DNA of 64,000 nt from Capsulimonadaceae bacterium (GTDB lineage Bacteria; Armatimonadota; Armatimonadia; Armatimonadales; Capsulimonadaceae): positions 4,992,001-5,056,000 of the forward strand of contig OZ244065.1 of the NCBI GenBank assembly GCA_965215505.1. Reading direction: 5' to 3'. The translations under genes were made by a program, and so were the position numbers. Each line of letters opens with the position of its first letter. The stretch's first letter is position 1. Below, one piece after another: positions 28,496-39,043 of this stretch. The notes under the pieces were generated by a model, which was not told the DNA's origin, searched no databases, and was given only the letters and a program-made list of their open reading frames with translations.

Positions 28496-30195
28496 CGACC
28501 GAACAGGAAACCAATCTGCGAGAGAGGCTACAGGCCGCTTACCCGGCAGCCGAGCCATCCGATGCCCTCCGGCGGCGCGTCGCCGTGCTGGCAGAAAAAA
28601 CGGCAGCCCTGGCACCTGCCCGGCGGTCACGACGCTTGCGGACTGGCCTGCGCCTAGCAGGCGTCGCGGCGACCGTCATTGCCATCTTCGCCTTCCTGCT
28701 GCCCCCAAAGCTGACCGCCGTGCAGGCCTATCAGCGGATGGCCGACTCGGTGCGCGACGTTCGCAGCGCCCACTATACCGTGTGGAACGTCCTTCCTAAC
28801 GGAGCGCAGGTGAAGAAGAACGAGGTCTGGTATCAGGCGGGGAGCTGGCGCAGGGAAAGCATCTACCCACAGTGTCAGCAGGTGCAGGTCAGCCGAGATG
28901 GGACGAACTGGACTTACAACACGCAAACAAACACCGTCACCCAAGACGATGCGACATCTATCCAATGGTTTGACAGGATTTCGGGTTTCTCCGTCGGGGC
29001 GCTTTTGCATCAGGCGGCTCTTCTCGACGAAGACACTCACGTCACCCTGCTGGGGGCGACGACCGTTGCCGGTCGTCCCGCGCACATCATCCTGCTTTAC
29101 TCCCAATGGCGCGGTGACAGGGGGAAACCGCAGAGCACTCTTTGGCGCTCACGCGTCGTCGTGGATGATGCCACCGACCTACCGATCCGGTCGGAAGGGC
29201 AGTCCCGCAAGCCTAACGAAACTCAGTGGGTGACAAACAGTGTCGAGGTGGAGCAGTACAACCAGCCGATTACCGCCGCCGTATTCACGCCCGATTTCCC
29301 GGAAACGGCGCGGCGGATAGATGCGGTCACAGAACGTGAACAGTGGCGCGAACGATTAAGCAGTGGCGTCGCCGCGCAGCAGGTGACTCCGATAGGAGTT
29401 TACCGTCATGCTCGCCCGGTCAAGGTCTTCATCCGTGACTTCCAAGTCAACCCGAAAGGTGACGTGTTCCTGCTGTTCACGGCGGGTTCCGAAGTGGCGC
29501 GGGACTCGAATGTTGGGTCGGTCGAGCTGACGGACGAGTTTGGGACGAAGTACATAGACCCGTCCCATCAGAATAGCGGCGTCGAAGGCCAGGATTTCAT
29601 CCCGACCTGCATGGATCAAACCAACAGTGGCCAGAAGGTCAACGGCTATGTGTTCGGCGGTGAACAACTGGAAGGGATACGGTGGGTGCCCCTGCAAATG
29701 CAGGCCCCATGGAAACCACGTTGGTTCCGGCTGACCCTGCATCTCAGCCATGTGAATGGGAACCTTGTGGATGGAAATGGGCGCGGTGGCACGGCGGTCT
29801 TCGATCTGCCCGTCCGGGAAGCGAAAGTCGAGGTCGTGCCGGAGTACATGCCCTACATGGCCCGGCCACTTTCCGACTATTCCCCCGTGCAGAGCGAAGA
29901 AGAAGCCCAAGTGCGGGCCTCCTTCTATCACGAGGAACACGATCTGCCGCAGGCCCTCGCGGCGTATCGTGAACTGATCGCTGTACGGTCTGAGAAGGCG
30001 AGGAAAGAAAAATCGATTCCCACCAACGGCGAGCAGTGGCTGGCAGTCTATTACATTCTGACGAAGATGGGACGCATGGACGAGGCGAAAGCCGCCCTGC
30101 TCTATGCCAAGAGGGACAACGACATCTACGCCTTTAGTCCGTCTACACACGACCAAATAGAAGCCGCCATGAAGGAGCAGGGGATGACGCCCTGA
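28492..30195 (+). CDS. Putative membrane anti-sigma factor with LolA-like extracytoplasmic domain and C-terminal TPR-like helix
   Basis: ATGA-coupled to the sigma gene; short N-terminus, one TM helix, DDATDLPIR...YNQPI..AVFTPDFP pattern. Confidence 0.65.
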   Translation: MTTEQETNLRERLQAAYPAAEPSDALRRRVAVLAEKTAALAPARRSRRLRTGLRLAGVAATVIAIFAFLLPPKLTAVQAYQRMADSVRDVRSAHYTVWNVLPNGAQVKKNEVWYQAGSWRRESIYPQCQQVQVSRDGTNWTYNTQTNTVTQDDATSIQWFDRISGFSVGALLHQAALLDEDTHVTLLGATTVAGRPAHIILLYSQWRGDRGKPQSTLWRSRVVVDDATDLPIRSEGQSRKPNETQWVTNSVEVEQYNQPITAAVFTPDFPETARRIDAVTEREQWRERLSSGVAAQQVTPIGVYRHARPVKVFIRDFQVNPKGDVFLLFTAGSEVARDSNVGSVELTDEFGTKYIDPSHQNSGVEGQDFIPTCMDQTNSGQKVNGYVFGGEQLEGIRWVPLQMQAPWKPRWFRLTLHLSHVNGNLVDGNGRGGTAVFDLPVREAKVEVVPEYMPYMARPLSDYSPVQSEEEAQVRASFYHEEHDLPQALAAYRELIAVRSEKARKEKSIPTNGEQWLAVYYILTKMGRMDEAKAALLYAKRDNDIYAFSPSTHDQIEAAMKEQGMTP

Positions 30196-30200
30196 CGGAG

Positions 30201-30230
30201 AAAGCCCCGCCGCATTCGCGGCGGGGCTTT
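30201..30230. terminator. Bidirectional terminator
   Basis: aaagccccgccgc-attc-gcggcggggcttt between convergent genes. Confidence 0.85.
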
Positions 30231-30244
30231 TCTTCAACGCGGGT

Positions 30245-31036
30245 TCAGTCCTCCATCCCGCCCACATACCCGCAGACGCCCGTCCGGGGCGAGTTGACGA
30301 CGGGCAACAGGTGTTCGGTGTCGTAGCCCTTCTTCTCGATGCAGGCGTCGCAGATCGTCTTTGTCTCGTAGGACCCGCCATACGCGCCGATCCAGTCGGC
30401 GCCCTTACCGCACTCGTCGCAGGGAATGACGGGCGGGACGTTGCGGGCGAGGAGGCGGATGTTCCTCCGCCGGGTCGGCTCCTCGTGTTCCGACAGTACG
30501 CGCAGCTTCAGATCGGTCGTGCTGCCAAAATCGTACTCGTGGAAGAAGGTCAGGCCGGGCGCGACCGTGGCGGCCAGCGTGACGTCCATGCGATGCTCGC
30601 GGGGCATGCCGAAGGCGTCATCCAGGCCGTCGAAGAAGTCGTCGTCGCCGAAGCCGCCCGGCGGCTCCCAGCGATAGCGTGTCCCACGGTCGGGCCTGCC
30701 ATATGGGTCGAAGCCCGGCTCCTCGGAGGGGATCGTGAAGGCGCTTAGGTGGCCGCAGCACTCCAGCCAGAAGCGGCGCAGGAAGTCATCTAGGTCCTCC
30801 AGTGTGGCGTCCGCCCGGATGTCCAGGTGGAGCCAGTAGTCCGGCCCCTCCCGGTCCTCGACGACGAGCCGGAAGAAGCGCGTCGGCTGGAGCGGGCCGC
30901 TGCCGTGCTTCTCCTTCGCCGCCAGCGCCTCCCAGCACTTGTCCACATGGCGGGCGATGGTGTTCTTGCTGAACTCCTGGCCGCAGAGGGCGCACTCGCC
31001 GCGCGACATCCGGCGCTTCGGTTCGGGCTTCGTCAT
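30245..31036 (-). CDS. pRiA4b ORF-3-like protein with Zn-binding motifs
   Basis: TLEDLDDFLRRFWLECCGHLSAF, HEYDFGSTT, CxxC pairs, PVVNSPRTGVCGY. Confidence 0.8.
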   Translation of the reverse strand: MTKPEPKRRMSRGECALCGQEFSKNTIARHVDKCWEALAAKEKHGSGPLQPTRFFRLVVEDREGPDYWLHLDIRADATLEDLDDFLRRFWLECCGHLSAFTIPSEEPGFDPYGRPDRGTRYRWEPPGGFGDDDFFDGLDDAFGMPREHRMDVTLAATVAPGLTFFHEYDFGSTTDLKLRVLSEHEEPTRRRNIRLLARNVPPVIPCDECGKGADWIGAYGGSYETKTICDACIEKKGYDTEHLLPVVNSPRTGVCGYVGGMED

Positions 31037-31047
31037 GGGCATTCTCC

Positions 31048-32373
31048 TCAGACGGTCGCAGTCTCGCGCTCCCGCACCGGTTTCGCCTTGTAGCGCGGGG
31101 CGACCGGCAGGCGGGAGCGGTTGTCTTTGATCCAGGCGTAGGCGCGGCGGCCTAGCTGCGGCACGGGAGGGATGTAGAGAATCGGCGCGAGCAGGACGGT
31201 GACGGGCATCTGCCAGGCGATCTGGCGGAAGGCGTCGAAGCCAGCGAACTGCCGCCCGTCGGGGCGGACGGCGTAGGCGGCCTCCTCGGCGTCCTCAAAG
31301 CGGACGCCGGTCGCGGCCAGGGCGGCGCGGTCGTGCGAGTCCACGAACGTGATCTGCCGGAAGACATCCAGGAACCGGACGACCAGAAGCGAGGAACGGC
31401 AGAAATCGCACTCGCCGTCATAGACCAGCCGCAGGGGCGTCAGGGTCAGGGGCCGCTTGGCCCAAGCCAGGAAGTTCTTGATGTCGTCACCGGTCAGAAA
31501 GTTAAGGTAGGACGTGATCATCAGGGCCGAGAACAGGGGGATGTTGAAGGTGTACTCGATCCCCAGGTGCAGGGCGACGCCTGCCGCCAGAACATACAGC
31601 CGCAGGCGCGGCACCCAGACGAACGTCGCCAGCGCGAACTCCACGACCACCGTCCCCCAGGTGAACAGGTTGATGACGTAGAGGTTGTCCCGGCCCAAGA
31701 TCGGGAAGCGCACCGACTCGCTCAGGTGCATCGGGTAGTAAACCGCCGTCCCGTCCATCCAGGGCGGCCCGGTCGCCTTGCTGAGTGAGGCGCAGAGGTA
31801 CAGCACGGCGATCTGGATCTGCATCAGCCGCTGCGCCCAGGGGACGATCAGGGGCGGCGCGTCGTCCTCCCGGCCCTTGAGGACGCGCCACAGCCGGTCC
31901 AGGGAGCAGGAGGCACCGGCGGGCGAGAGCAGCAGATAGACCGCCAGCACGATCATGACCGTGTCGCCGCTGTTGTGGATCGGGGCGTCCCGGTTGTGGA
32001 GCAGGGTCAGGCCCAGATAGACCAGCACGGCGCTCGTCCGCGTCCACAGCCCCAGGGTCAGGCACAGCGCGGCCAGAAGGTAGACCACGAACAGCAGTGT
32101 CAGGAAATGGTCGGCACCCGGCAGGGCAAGCAGGTTGATCTGATACCCCGCCCCAAGCCCCTGGCCGGTCGCCGGGCCGTTGGTCGCGTTGTATTCCAGG
32201 GCCTGCGCGACCGGCAGGACCCCCCCCTGCGAGAACCACAGGAAACGCTCGGGGAAGAACAGAAGGCCGTAGGCCAGGGTCCAGAAGCCGAAGACCAGCC
32301 GGAACAGGCCCAGCGGGACCGAAGACACCGGGCCGAACCAGAACCCATTCCAGCCGCGCCTGATGTCCTTCAC
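31048..32373 (-). CDS. HTTM (VKGC/SdpB-like) membrane protein fused to a DCC1-like thiol-disulfide domain
   Basis: LGLFRLVFG, LGLWTR, SLDRLW, YLCASLSK..GPPWMDGTAV, LHLGI; C-terminal VYDGECDFC; GTGA overlap with the upstream gene. Confidence 0.85.
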   Translation of the reverse strand: MKDIRRGWNGFWFGPVSSVPLGLFRLVFGFWTLAYGLLFFPERFLWFSQGGVLPVAQALEYNATNGPATGQGLGAGYQINLLALPGADHFLTLLFVVYLLAALCLTLGLWTRTSAVLVYLGLTLLHNRDAPIHNSGDTVMIVLAVYLLLSPAGASCSLDRLWRVLKGREDDAPPLIVPWAQRLMQIQIAVLYLCASLSKATGPPWMDGTAVYYPMHLSESVRFPILGRDNLYVINLFTWGTVVVEFALATFVWVPRLRLYVLAAGVALHLGIEYTFNIPLFSALMITSYLNFLTGDDIKNFLAWAKRPLTLTPLRLVYDGECDFCRSSLLVVRFLDVFRQITFVDSHDRAALAATGVRFEDAEEAAYAVRPDGRQFAGFDAFRQIAWQMPVTVLLAPILYIPPVPQLGRRAYAWIKDNRSRLPVAPRYKAKPVRERETATV

Positions 32374-33035
32374 TTCAAGTCCTCCGGGTGGATGGCGAGG
32401 ACGAACGGCCCGCTGCCGGCCTGGAGCGGCGCGGCCTGGACAGGGGGCATCGGGACGCCGGGCGGCGGGATCACGCGGGAGTGCCGGATCAGCATGACGC
32501 TGACGGGCCGGTTGTGTGGGTCGTGGTCGTTGGCGCGGGCTGCGTAGCGCGCAAGCCCCACCCAGACCGCCACGCTGTTGGCGTGGGTAGCGACCTCGAC
32601 GAGCTTGCGCCAGCGCTCCTCCTCGTAGCGCCGGACGTAGCCCATGTGGGACATGCGCGGGAAGAACCAGCCGCGCTTCTCGCCGTCGGCGTAGGTGATC
32701 TGGGCCTCGAGAGTGACGTCCAGCTTGTCCGGGTAGGGCGAGAACATGCTCCAAGACTGCGCGAACGAGGTCAGGGTCATGTAGGTCCGCACCAGGCCGA
32801 CGCCGACGGGCGACTGTTCGATGGCGCTGTTGCTGGGTGAAAGCCAGACCGCCAGGGCGAACAGGTGCCAGACGATGAACACGTTGACCAAACGGCGCGT
32901 CCACCAGCGCCGTTCCAGCCGGCTCACCCGCCGCAGACGGACGGCGGCCCGCTGGCCCTCGGTCCGGCCCTGGCCGGAGGACTTCGCCTCCTCGCGCGCT
33001 TCTTCTACCGCCTCATCGGATGTGACTACGAACAT
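32370..33035 (-). CDS. HTTM-partner protein (DUF5819/SdpA-like)
   Basis: One TM helix, then [10 protein letters not shown] and ERWRK motifs. Confidence 0.6.
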   Translation of the reverse strand: MFVVTSDEAVEEAREEAKSSGQGRTEGQRAAVRLRRVSRLERRWWTRRLVNVFIVWHLFALAVWLSPSNSAIEQSPVGVGLVRTYMTLTSFAQSWSMFSPYPDKLDVTLEAQITYADGEKRGWFFPRMSHMGYVRRYEEERWRKLVEVATHANSVAVWVGLARYAARANDHDPHNRPVSVMLIRHSRVIPPPGVPMPPVQAAPLQAGSGPFVLAIHPEDLK

Positions 33036-34416
33036 ACGCCTCCAGGTCCGCGACGGCGACCCGCTCCTGCTTCATCGTGTCCCGGTCCCGCACCGTGACG
33101 GTGTCTTTGAGGCTCGCGTCGTCCTCGCGGCCCAGGGTGTCAAAGTCTACGGTCACGCACAGCGGCGTCCCCACCTCGTCCTGGCGGCGGTACAGCTTGC
33201 CGATGCCCGCCGAGTCGTCATAGACGGCGCGGATGTCGCCGGTCGCCTGAAGCCCCCGCTTGATCGCCTTGGCCGTGGCGACAATGGAAGGCTCGTTCTT
33301 CTTCAGGGGCAGCACGGCCACCTTGATCGGGGCCAGCGCGGGCTTCAGGCGCAGGACGACGCGCGTCTCGCCGTTCTCTAACACTTCCTCATCATAGGCG
33401 GCGCACAAGGCGGCCAAAACCCCACGGTCTACGCCCGCCGACGGCTCGATCACATACGGGACGATGTGCCGGGTGTTTGCCTGGTCGAAATAGGTCAGCC
33501 GCTCGGTCGAGTGTTCGTTCGTCATCACCGAGGCCGACAGGCCGAGCTTCTCCTGCTCCTTGGAGTGCGAGCCGAGGTCGTAGTCGGTGCGGTTGGCGAT
33601 GCCTTCCAGCTCCTCCCAGCCGATGGGGAAGTGGTACATCAGATCCACGGTGCGCTTGGAGTAGTGCGCCAGCTCCCCGGCGGGCACCTCATATAGCCGC
33701 AAGTCCTCGGCCCGGAGTCCGACCTCGTTGACCCACCAGTCCATGTGGTCCTGTATCCAGTTCTCGTGGATCGCCTCGTCCTCGCCGGGCATCACAAAAT
33801 ACTCGATCTCCATCTGCTCGAACTCGCGCACCCGGAACAGGAAGTTGCGCGGCGTGATCTCATTGCGGAACGACTTACCGATCTGTGCCAGCCCGAACGG
33901 CAGCTTCCGGTTGGTGGACGACAGCACGTTCTTGAAGTTGACGAACATCCCCTGGGCCGTCTCAGGGCGCAAATAGGCGAACGAGTCCGCCTCGGCGACC
34001 GGCCCGACGGCGGTCTTGAACATCATGTTGAAGGCGCGCGGCTCGGTCAGCTCGCCCTCGCACTCGCCGGGGTGGAGGCTCGCGTGTTTCAGGCAGGCCG
34101 CCTCGCCCAGTTTGTCCGCCCGGAACCGGCCCTTGCAGGTCTTGCAGTCTACAAGGGGGTCCACGAACGTCTCTTCGTGGCCCGAATAGCGCCAGACGTT
34201 CTTGTTCATCAGAATCGCCGTGTCCACGCCCTCGATGTCATCGCGCTCGTAGACGTGGTGGCGCCACCAGAGCCGCTTCAGGTTGTTCTTGAGTTCCACG
34301 CCCAGCGGGCCGTAGTCGAAGGTCCCCTGCAAACCGCCGTAGATCTCGCTGCCGGGGAAGATGAAGCCGCGCCGCTTGCAGAGCGAGACGACCTGGTCCA
34401 GTGTTTCCGCTGCCAT
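33013..34416 (-). CDS. glyQS: Glycine--tRNA ligase (alpha2 type)
   Basis: [54 protein letters not shown]. Confidence 0.96.
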   Translation of the reverse strand: MAAETLDQVVSLCKRRGFIFPGSEIYGGLQGTFDYGPLGVELKNNLKRLWWRHHVYERDDIEGVDTAILMNKNVWRYSGHEETFVDPLVDCKTCKGRFRADKLGEAACLKHASLHPGECEGELTEPRAFNMMFKTAVGPVAEADSFAYLRPETAQGMFVNFKNVLSSTNRKLPFGLAQIGKSFRNEITPRNFLFRVREFEQMEIEYFVMPGEDEAIHENWIQDHMDWWVNEVGLRAEDLRLYEVPAGELAHYSKRTVDLMYHFPIGWEELEGIANRTDYDLGSHSKEQEKLGLSASVMTNEHSTERLTYFDQANTRHIVPYVIEPSAGVDRGVLAALCAAYDEEVLENGETRVVLRLKPALAPIKVAVLPLKKNEPSIVATAKAIKRGLQATGDIRAVYDDSAGIGKLYRRQDEVGTPLCVTVDFDTLGREDDASLKDTVTVRDRDTMKQERVAVADLEAYVRSHIR

Positions 34417-34494
34417 AGTTGCTTGTCCAATCCTTGCGCGTCATGCGCTGCTTTATTGTATCACAAACCGGCCCCATTGCCAATTCTTCTCTAA

Positions 34495-34527
34495 TACTTT
34501 GCAATACAAAGTAGTTTGTGGTATAAC
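34495..34527 (+). promoter_or_regulatory. sigma70 promoter with an overlapping palindromic operator
   Basis: TTGCAA-17-TATAAC; TACTTTG-caata-CAAAGTA covers the -35. Confidence 0.65.
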
Positions 34528-34548
34528 ATCATCAGGAGGAACGACGTG

Positions 34549-36063
34549 ATGACTGTGACGACAAGGATTGGCTTGGGGCTGCTGCCGACCGCGCTAGCGA
34601 TCGGGCTGCTGGGGGACGGGCTGCTGCGGGCGACGCCCTGGGGGGTGAACGTGTTCCTGTGGGTGCTGGCGGGGATGATCGGCCTGTTCCTGCTCGCCCG
34701 CCGCTCCGGTGTCGCCGCGCTGGGGGAGGGGATGTGGCTTGCGCCCCCCGCCCTGCTGCTGGCGGCGTGTCTGGCTTGGCGGGACTCGGCCACATTGCGA
34801 GCGCTGGACATCGGCGGCCTGCTGGCCTGCCTCGCCCTGGGCGCGGCCCGGACGCGGGCGGGGCGGGTGCGCCTGGCCGGCGTCCTAAATTACCTACTGG
34901 ACATCTTCCACATGAGCATCCAGGCCGCCTTCGGGGTCTTCCCACTGGTCTTCCGGGATGTGGAGTGGGCGACCATCCCTCGGACGGGCTGGCTGCCCCG
35001 CATCCTGGCCGTCGTGCGCGGGCTGGTCCTTGTTCTGCCCCTCTTGCTGCTCTTCGGCGGGCTGCTGATGGCCGCTGACGCCGTGTACTCGCGCCTGGTG
35101 AACACGGCCCTGCACTTTGACCTGAGTGCGCTGCTCGGCCACCTCTTCTTTACTTTGTTCCTGGCCTGGCTTGCGGCAGGCTTTGGGCGCGCACTGCTGC
35201 TGGCGACCGCGCCGGTCATCCCGCACGAGAAGCGGTTCGGTTTGCCCTCGCTGGGTCTGGTCGAGACGACGACTATCTTCACCCTGCTGAACCTGCTGTT
35301 CCTGTCCTTCGTCCTGGTCCAAGTCCGCTACTTCTTCGGCGGGGCGGCGACCGTCCAGGCGACGGCGGGCCTGACCTACGCCGAGTACGCCCGGTCGGGA
35401 TTCTTCGAGTTGGTCTGGGTCGCCGCCCTGGTCCTGCCGCTCCTGCTCGGATTGCACTGGCTCCAGCGGCCCGGTGATGCCCGCGCGCAGCGCCTGTTCT
35501 CCTGGCAGGCCGGCATCCAGGTCGCCCTGCTGTTCGTCATCATGGCCTCAGCACTGGCCCGGATGCGTCTGTATGAGGGCGAGTACGGCCTGACCGAGCT
35601 GCGCCTGTACACGACCGCCTCTATGGGCTGGCTCGCCCTCGTCTTCCTCTGGTTTTCCGCAACCGTCCTGCGCGGGCACCGTGAGCGGTTCGCCTTCGGG
35701 GCTGCCTCCTGCGCCTTCGGCCTCATCATCATCCTGCACGCCGCCAATCCCGATGACGTGATCGTCCGCGCGAACCTCGCCCACGCCGTCAAGGGCCGAG
35801 CCTTTGATGCCGAGTATGCCGCCTCCCTGAGCGCCGATGCCGTACCCGCCCTCACCGCTTCCCTGCCGACGCTCCCCCTCACCGTCCAGGGAACATTGGC
35901 CGCCCGCCTCCTGCCGCAATGGTCACACAACACCGGCGATTGGCGCTCCTGGAGCCTGGGCCGCACGCTGGCCTTCCGCGCGGTACAATCACACCGGGCG
36001 GACCTGCTGGCCGACCAGAAGTTCGCACCGAATGTGCCTGTAGAAAGGGCCGCCAATGACTGA
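34549..36063 (+). CDS. DUF4153/DUF4173 polytopic membrane protein
   Basis: TYAEYARSGFFEL, SALARMRLYEGEYGLTELRLY, LSADAVP. Confidence 0.85.
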   Translation: MTVTTRIGLGLLPTALAIGLLGDGLLRATPWGVNVFLWVLAGMIGLFLLARRSGVAALGEGMWLAPPALLLAACLAWRDSATLRALDIGGLLACLALGAARTRAGRVRLAGVLNYLLDIFHMSIQAAFGVFPLVFRDVEWATIPRTGWLPRILAVVRGLVLVLPLLLLFGGLLMAADAVYSRLVNTALHFDLSALLGHLFFTLFLAWLAAGFGRALLLATAPVIPHEKRFGLPSLGLVETTTIFTLLNLLFLSFVLVQVRYFFGGAATVQATAGLTYAEYARSGFFELVWVAALVLPLLLGLHWLQRPGDARAQRLFSWQAGIQVALLFVIMASALARMRLYEGEYGLTELRLYTTASMGWLALVFLWFSATVLRGHRERFAFGAASCAFGLIIILHAANPDDVIVRANLAHAVKGRAFDAEYAASLSADAVPALTASLPTLPLTVQGTLAARLLPQWSHNTGDWRSWSLGRTLAFRAVQSHRADLLADQKFAPNVPVERAAND

Positions 36064-36649
36064 CAAAACTCTCCCCGTCCGCCTCTTCTGGTGGACACTC
36101 TACGCCGCCGCCTTCGGCTACGTCGAGGCCCTGGTCGTCGTCTACATCCGCCGCTTGACCGGCATGACGCCCGGCTTGGACTACCATCAGCTCTGGACGG
36201 CCAAGCACCTGGCCTGGAATGGCCCGGCCATCATCGCCGAGATGGGGCGGCTGGGCGTCTACCAGACCGAGTACGGGCGGGAGATCGCCACCCTGCTTTT
36301 GCTGCTCGGCCCCGCCATGGCGGCGGGGCGGACCGGGCGTGAACGGCTGGCCCTGTTCCTATACACGTTCGCCGTTTGGGACGAGACGTACTACCTCTGG
36401 CTGAAACTGTGGACCGGCTTCCCGCAATCTTTGGGCAGCGCGGACATCTACTTCCTGGTCCCCATCGCCTGGTACGGCCCGGTCTGGTTCCCCGTCCTGG
36501 TCGTCATGCCCGTGCTGATCGCGCTCGCCCTGTGGCTGCTCACCCATCCTGCCCCTTCTCCTTCTGGCGCAGCTTCAGCAATGCCTGAATACCCGGCGTC
36601 AGCAGGAACAGCGCTCCCAGGGAGGCGAACGAGTCCGCCACCGGGTTAG
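36056..36649 (+). CDS. Hypothetical membrane protein
   Basis: FGYVEALVVVYIR, REIATL, FAVWDETYYLWLK, FLVPIAWYGPV. Confidence 0.75.
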   Translation: MTDKTLPVRLFWWTLYAAAFGYVEALVVVYIRRLTGMTPGLDYHQLWTAKHLAWNGPAIIAEMGRLGVYQTEYGREIATLLLLLGPAMAAGRTGRERLALFLYTFAVWDETYYLWLKLWTGFPQSLGSADIYFLVPIAWYGPVWFPVLVVMPVLIALALWLLTHPAPSPSGAASAMPEYPASAGTALPGRRTSPPPG

Positions 36650-36830
36650 GCGGCGACTTGGGGCGCAGCAGGATGGAGACCACGATCAGGCCCAATGCCC
36701 CCATCAGGATGGAGCCTTGGACCGCCGCCTTCTTGTCTTTGTCCTTGAGGGACGACACCACGACGATGATCTGGGCGATCATGCCGACGGCTAATGGGTA
36801 ACTGCCTAGCAGATGCAAAAAATGGAGCAA
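36540..36830 (-). CDS. Small hypothetical membrane protein (start uncertain)
   Basis: Three hydrophobic segments in an open frame. Confidence 0.4.
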   Translation of the reverse strand: MLHFLHLLGSYPLAVGMIAQIIVVVSSLKDKDKKAAVQGSILMGALGLIVVSILLRPKSPPNPVADSFASLGALFLLTPGIQALLKLRQKEKGQDG

Positions 36831-37044
36831 AGTGTGTTCTCGCCTTCCACGTCCCGGCCCACTACTATACCCGCAGCGCGCCCACTGCCGAACTGGACAG
36901 CAGCAAGTTTCGCCGTGCGCGGCGTCCCCTATGCCCTGCCGATGCCCGTCGCCTTCGGCCTGATTGGCTTCTTCCTGTAGATTGCGGGAAAACATCGCGA
37001 CCTTCTTCGGGGCCAGGCAGTACCCGGACCGGCACGGACTCTGA

Positions 37045-37140
37045 CCCCGTTGCCTTCGCGAAGATGAGTTCCTGGTCCCTGCTGGTCATCTTCAGCTTCC
37101 TGACCGTCGCCCAGCTAAAGCGGGTGAAGACCCTGGCGGA
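37045..37140 (+). pseudogene. Remnant of a DUF817-family C-terminus
   Basis: VAFAKMSSWSLLVIFSFLTVAQLKRVK resembles the DUF817 last helix; no matching 5' portion. Confidence 0.4.
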
Positions 37141-37958
37141 GACGCGGGCGCATCCTCCTGACGCTCGATCGTCATCGTCTGGATCACCCGCACGGTCGGG
37201 ATAACGTGCCCGAAGTCCGCTGCCCCGCGCGCGCCCCGCTCCGTCATCACCAGGGACAGCGTGACCGTCATCGTGCTGGTCTGTCGGCGCAGATTGCCCG
37301 CGCCCGCGTCAAAAATGATTTTATCCGCCCGCGCGCTCCGCGTCGTCTGGAGCAGAGTCCCGTCATGGTCCGGCGACCGGCTCTCCGCCACGACGGGCGG
37401 GAAGTCCTGCGTGATGACCGCCCATCCCCGATCCCCGTACCGCACTGCCGTCAGCGCGAGGTCCGTCTTGACCCCCTCCGCCCCCTGAAGCGCCGTACCC
37501 CGCCACGTCCCTCCCGGCCCCGCCGGTGCAAAAGGCAGCCGGAAGAACGCCCGCAGCAGTTCCCCCGTGGCAGGGTCCTCCGCTGGCGTCAGCACCTGCC
37601 CGAGCGGCGTCACCCGCACCGTCCGCGTCACCGGCGGCTGCGGAGCCGACTCGTCCTCAAACCCCGGCTCCGGCGCGACCGTGACGCGAACCGTCGCCGT
37701 CCCGTCCGACCCCACCGACAGGACCTCCTCGGTCAGCCGCTCCACGACCGGTGGCTTGTAGGCTGCGTCCGGGTCCGTCGTCTCCACCGCCCCGGCGGGG
37801 TCATCAAAGTACGGGTCCCGCTGGACCAGATACCGCAGCGTCCGCCCCGGCGTGAAGTGGTAGCGCAACTTGACCGGCGCGTCCGGGGGCTGCGCGCGGG
37901 CGATGGGGAAAGACACGAGGCAAAGCACGGCAAGGGCGAACACGGGGCGGAAGTTCAT
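37092..37958 (-). CDS. Secreted hypothetical protein
   Basis: Signal peptide, then VKLRYHFTPGRTLRY; CATAAT lies 6 nt upstream of the ATG. Confidence 0.7.
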   Translation of the reverse strand: MNFRPVFALAVLCLVSFPIARAQPPDAPVKLRYHFTPGRTLRYLVQRDPYFDDPAGAVETTDPDAAYKPPVVERLTEEVLSVGSDGTATVRVTVAPEPGFEDESAPQPPVTRTVRVTPLGQVLTPAEDPATGELLRAFFRLPFAPAGPGGTWRGTALQGAEGVKTDLALTAVRYGDRGWAVITQDFPPVVAESRSPDHDGTLLQTTRSARADKIIFDAGAGNLRRQTSTMTVTLSLVMTERGARGAADFGHVIPTVRVIQTMTIERQEDAPASPPGSSPALAGRRSGS

Positions 37959-38067
37959 AAGGAGATTATGGCACAATATGGGGGGCGGCTAGAGCGCGGC
38001 CAGAAGTGCGGGGATGTCGGCGGGGGAACACTCTTGGGGTTCAGCGTCCCCAGCCGCATTCACCAGG

Positions 38068-38970
38068 TTATGGCTGATTTGGCAGCTTCATATAGCAACC
38101 CGGCCAATCTTTGCCTGCGTATTTCTTGAACGGGATGCTCTGGCCAGGAAGGTTCAAATCCTGCCTAGCCCGCATGAGCCACAACAAGACAGCCGAAGCG
38201 GCTTCCACCAACAGAATACCTTGTTGGAGGTACGAAAATGCCGGTTTCTGGTCGCTGCCTCGGGTCTTATTTTCTACATAACTCGTCTCATTCCAGAAGG
38301 AGATGAGTAGCGATTCTGCGGCTGCAAGTGCGTCCAAGGTGAATGTTTGACCACTCTGCTCGGGGGAGACGAAAACCCACCACAGAACAGGATTATTGCT
38401 CTTCAGACGATTATTCATGTGCTGGAAAAGGCGAACGTCAAACTCGTCCGTTTTCCCAAGGTAAAGCTGCTCGGCGGTTCGGAGAAAATAAAGCCCGCGA
38501 TGTGTCCCGAATGGTTTACTTGATGGGAATTGTGTACCAACAAAGACATGAAGAATGGGCAATGCGGGATCTCGAAGTGTGACAGTGAACTCGTGGTGGG
38601 TTGTTGGTGCGTTTGCCTGTGGTGGGGGAGCCAATATCGGTTTGTCTGAGAGTTGTCGCACTGATTTATGTGGCGGCAGATACAAAAGCCGCCATTCCTT
38701 AGACCATTGCGGTTGTAAAGGGCTTGGCGGCGTACCGCCCGGTGACAGCACAGGCGGCGACCGTCTGCGGAGAACTTTGATGAAATCATCTGCCGCACCG
38801 CCTTTGTTGTTCAGCGGCGCTAGGCCCAGTTCGTTGCGTGCCGCCTGCACCTGCTCCTTGGTAACATTATTAACCGTCAGTCTCTCTTTGGCGACGTGAA
38901 TCTCCCATGCCATCGTCCGAAGGAAAACGGCTTCTAAAGGGCTTTTGTAGGAGAGGGGCAACGCTGGCAT
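38068..38970 (-). CDS. GIY-YIG nuclease-domain protein
   Basis: GLYFL...LYLGKTDEFDVRLFQH...AESLLI...N; lower GC than flanks. Confidence 0.65.
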   Translation of the reverse strand: MPALPLSYKSPLEAVFLRTMAWEIHVAKERLTVNNVTKEQVQAARNELGLAPLNNKGGAADDFIKVLRRRSPPVLSPGGTPPSPLQPQWSKEWRLLYLPPHKSVRQLSDKPILAPPPQANAPTTHHEFTVTLRDPALPILHVFVGTQFPSSKPFGTHRGLYFLRTAEQLYLGKTDEFDVRLFQHMNNRLKSNNPVLWWVFVSPEQSGQTFTLDALAAAESLLISFWNETSYVENKTRGSDQKPAFSYLQQGILLVEAASAVLLWLMRARQDLNLPGQSIPFKKYAGKDWPGCYMKLPNQP

Positions 38971-39043
38971 TATGCTGCTTTCTTGAAATATACTGTGCCC
39001 ACTCAGTACCTTCGCCAACTATGGCATATTCGGGGCGGAAGCT

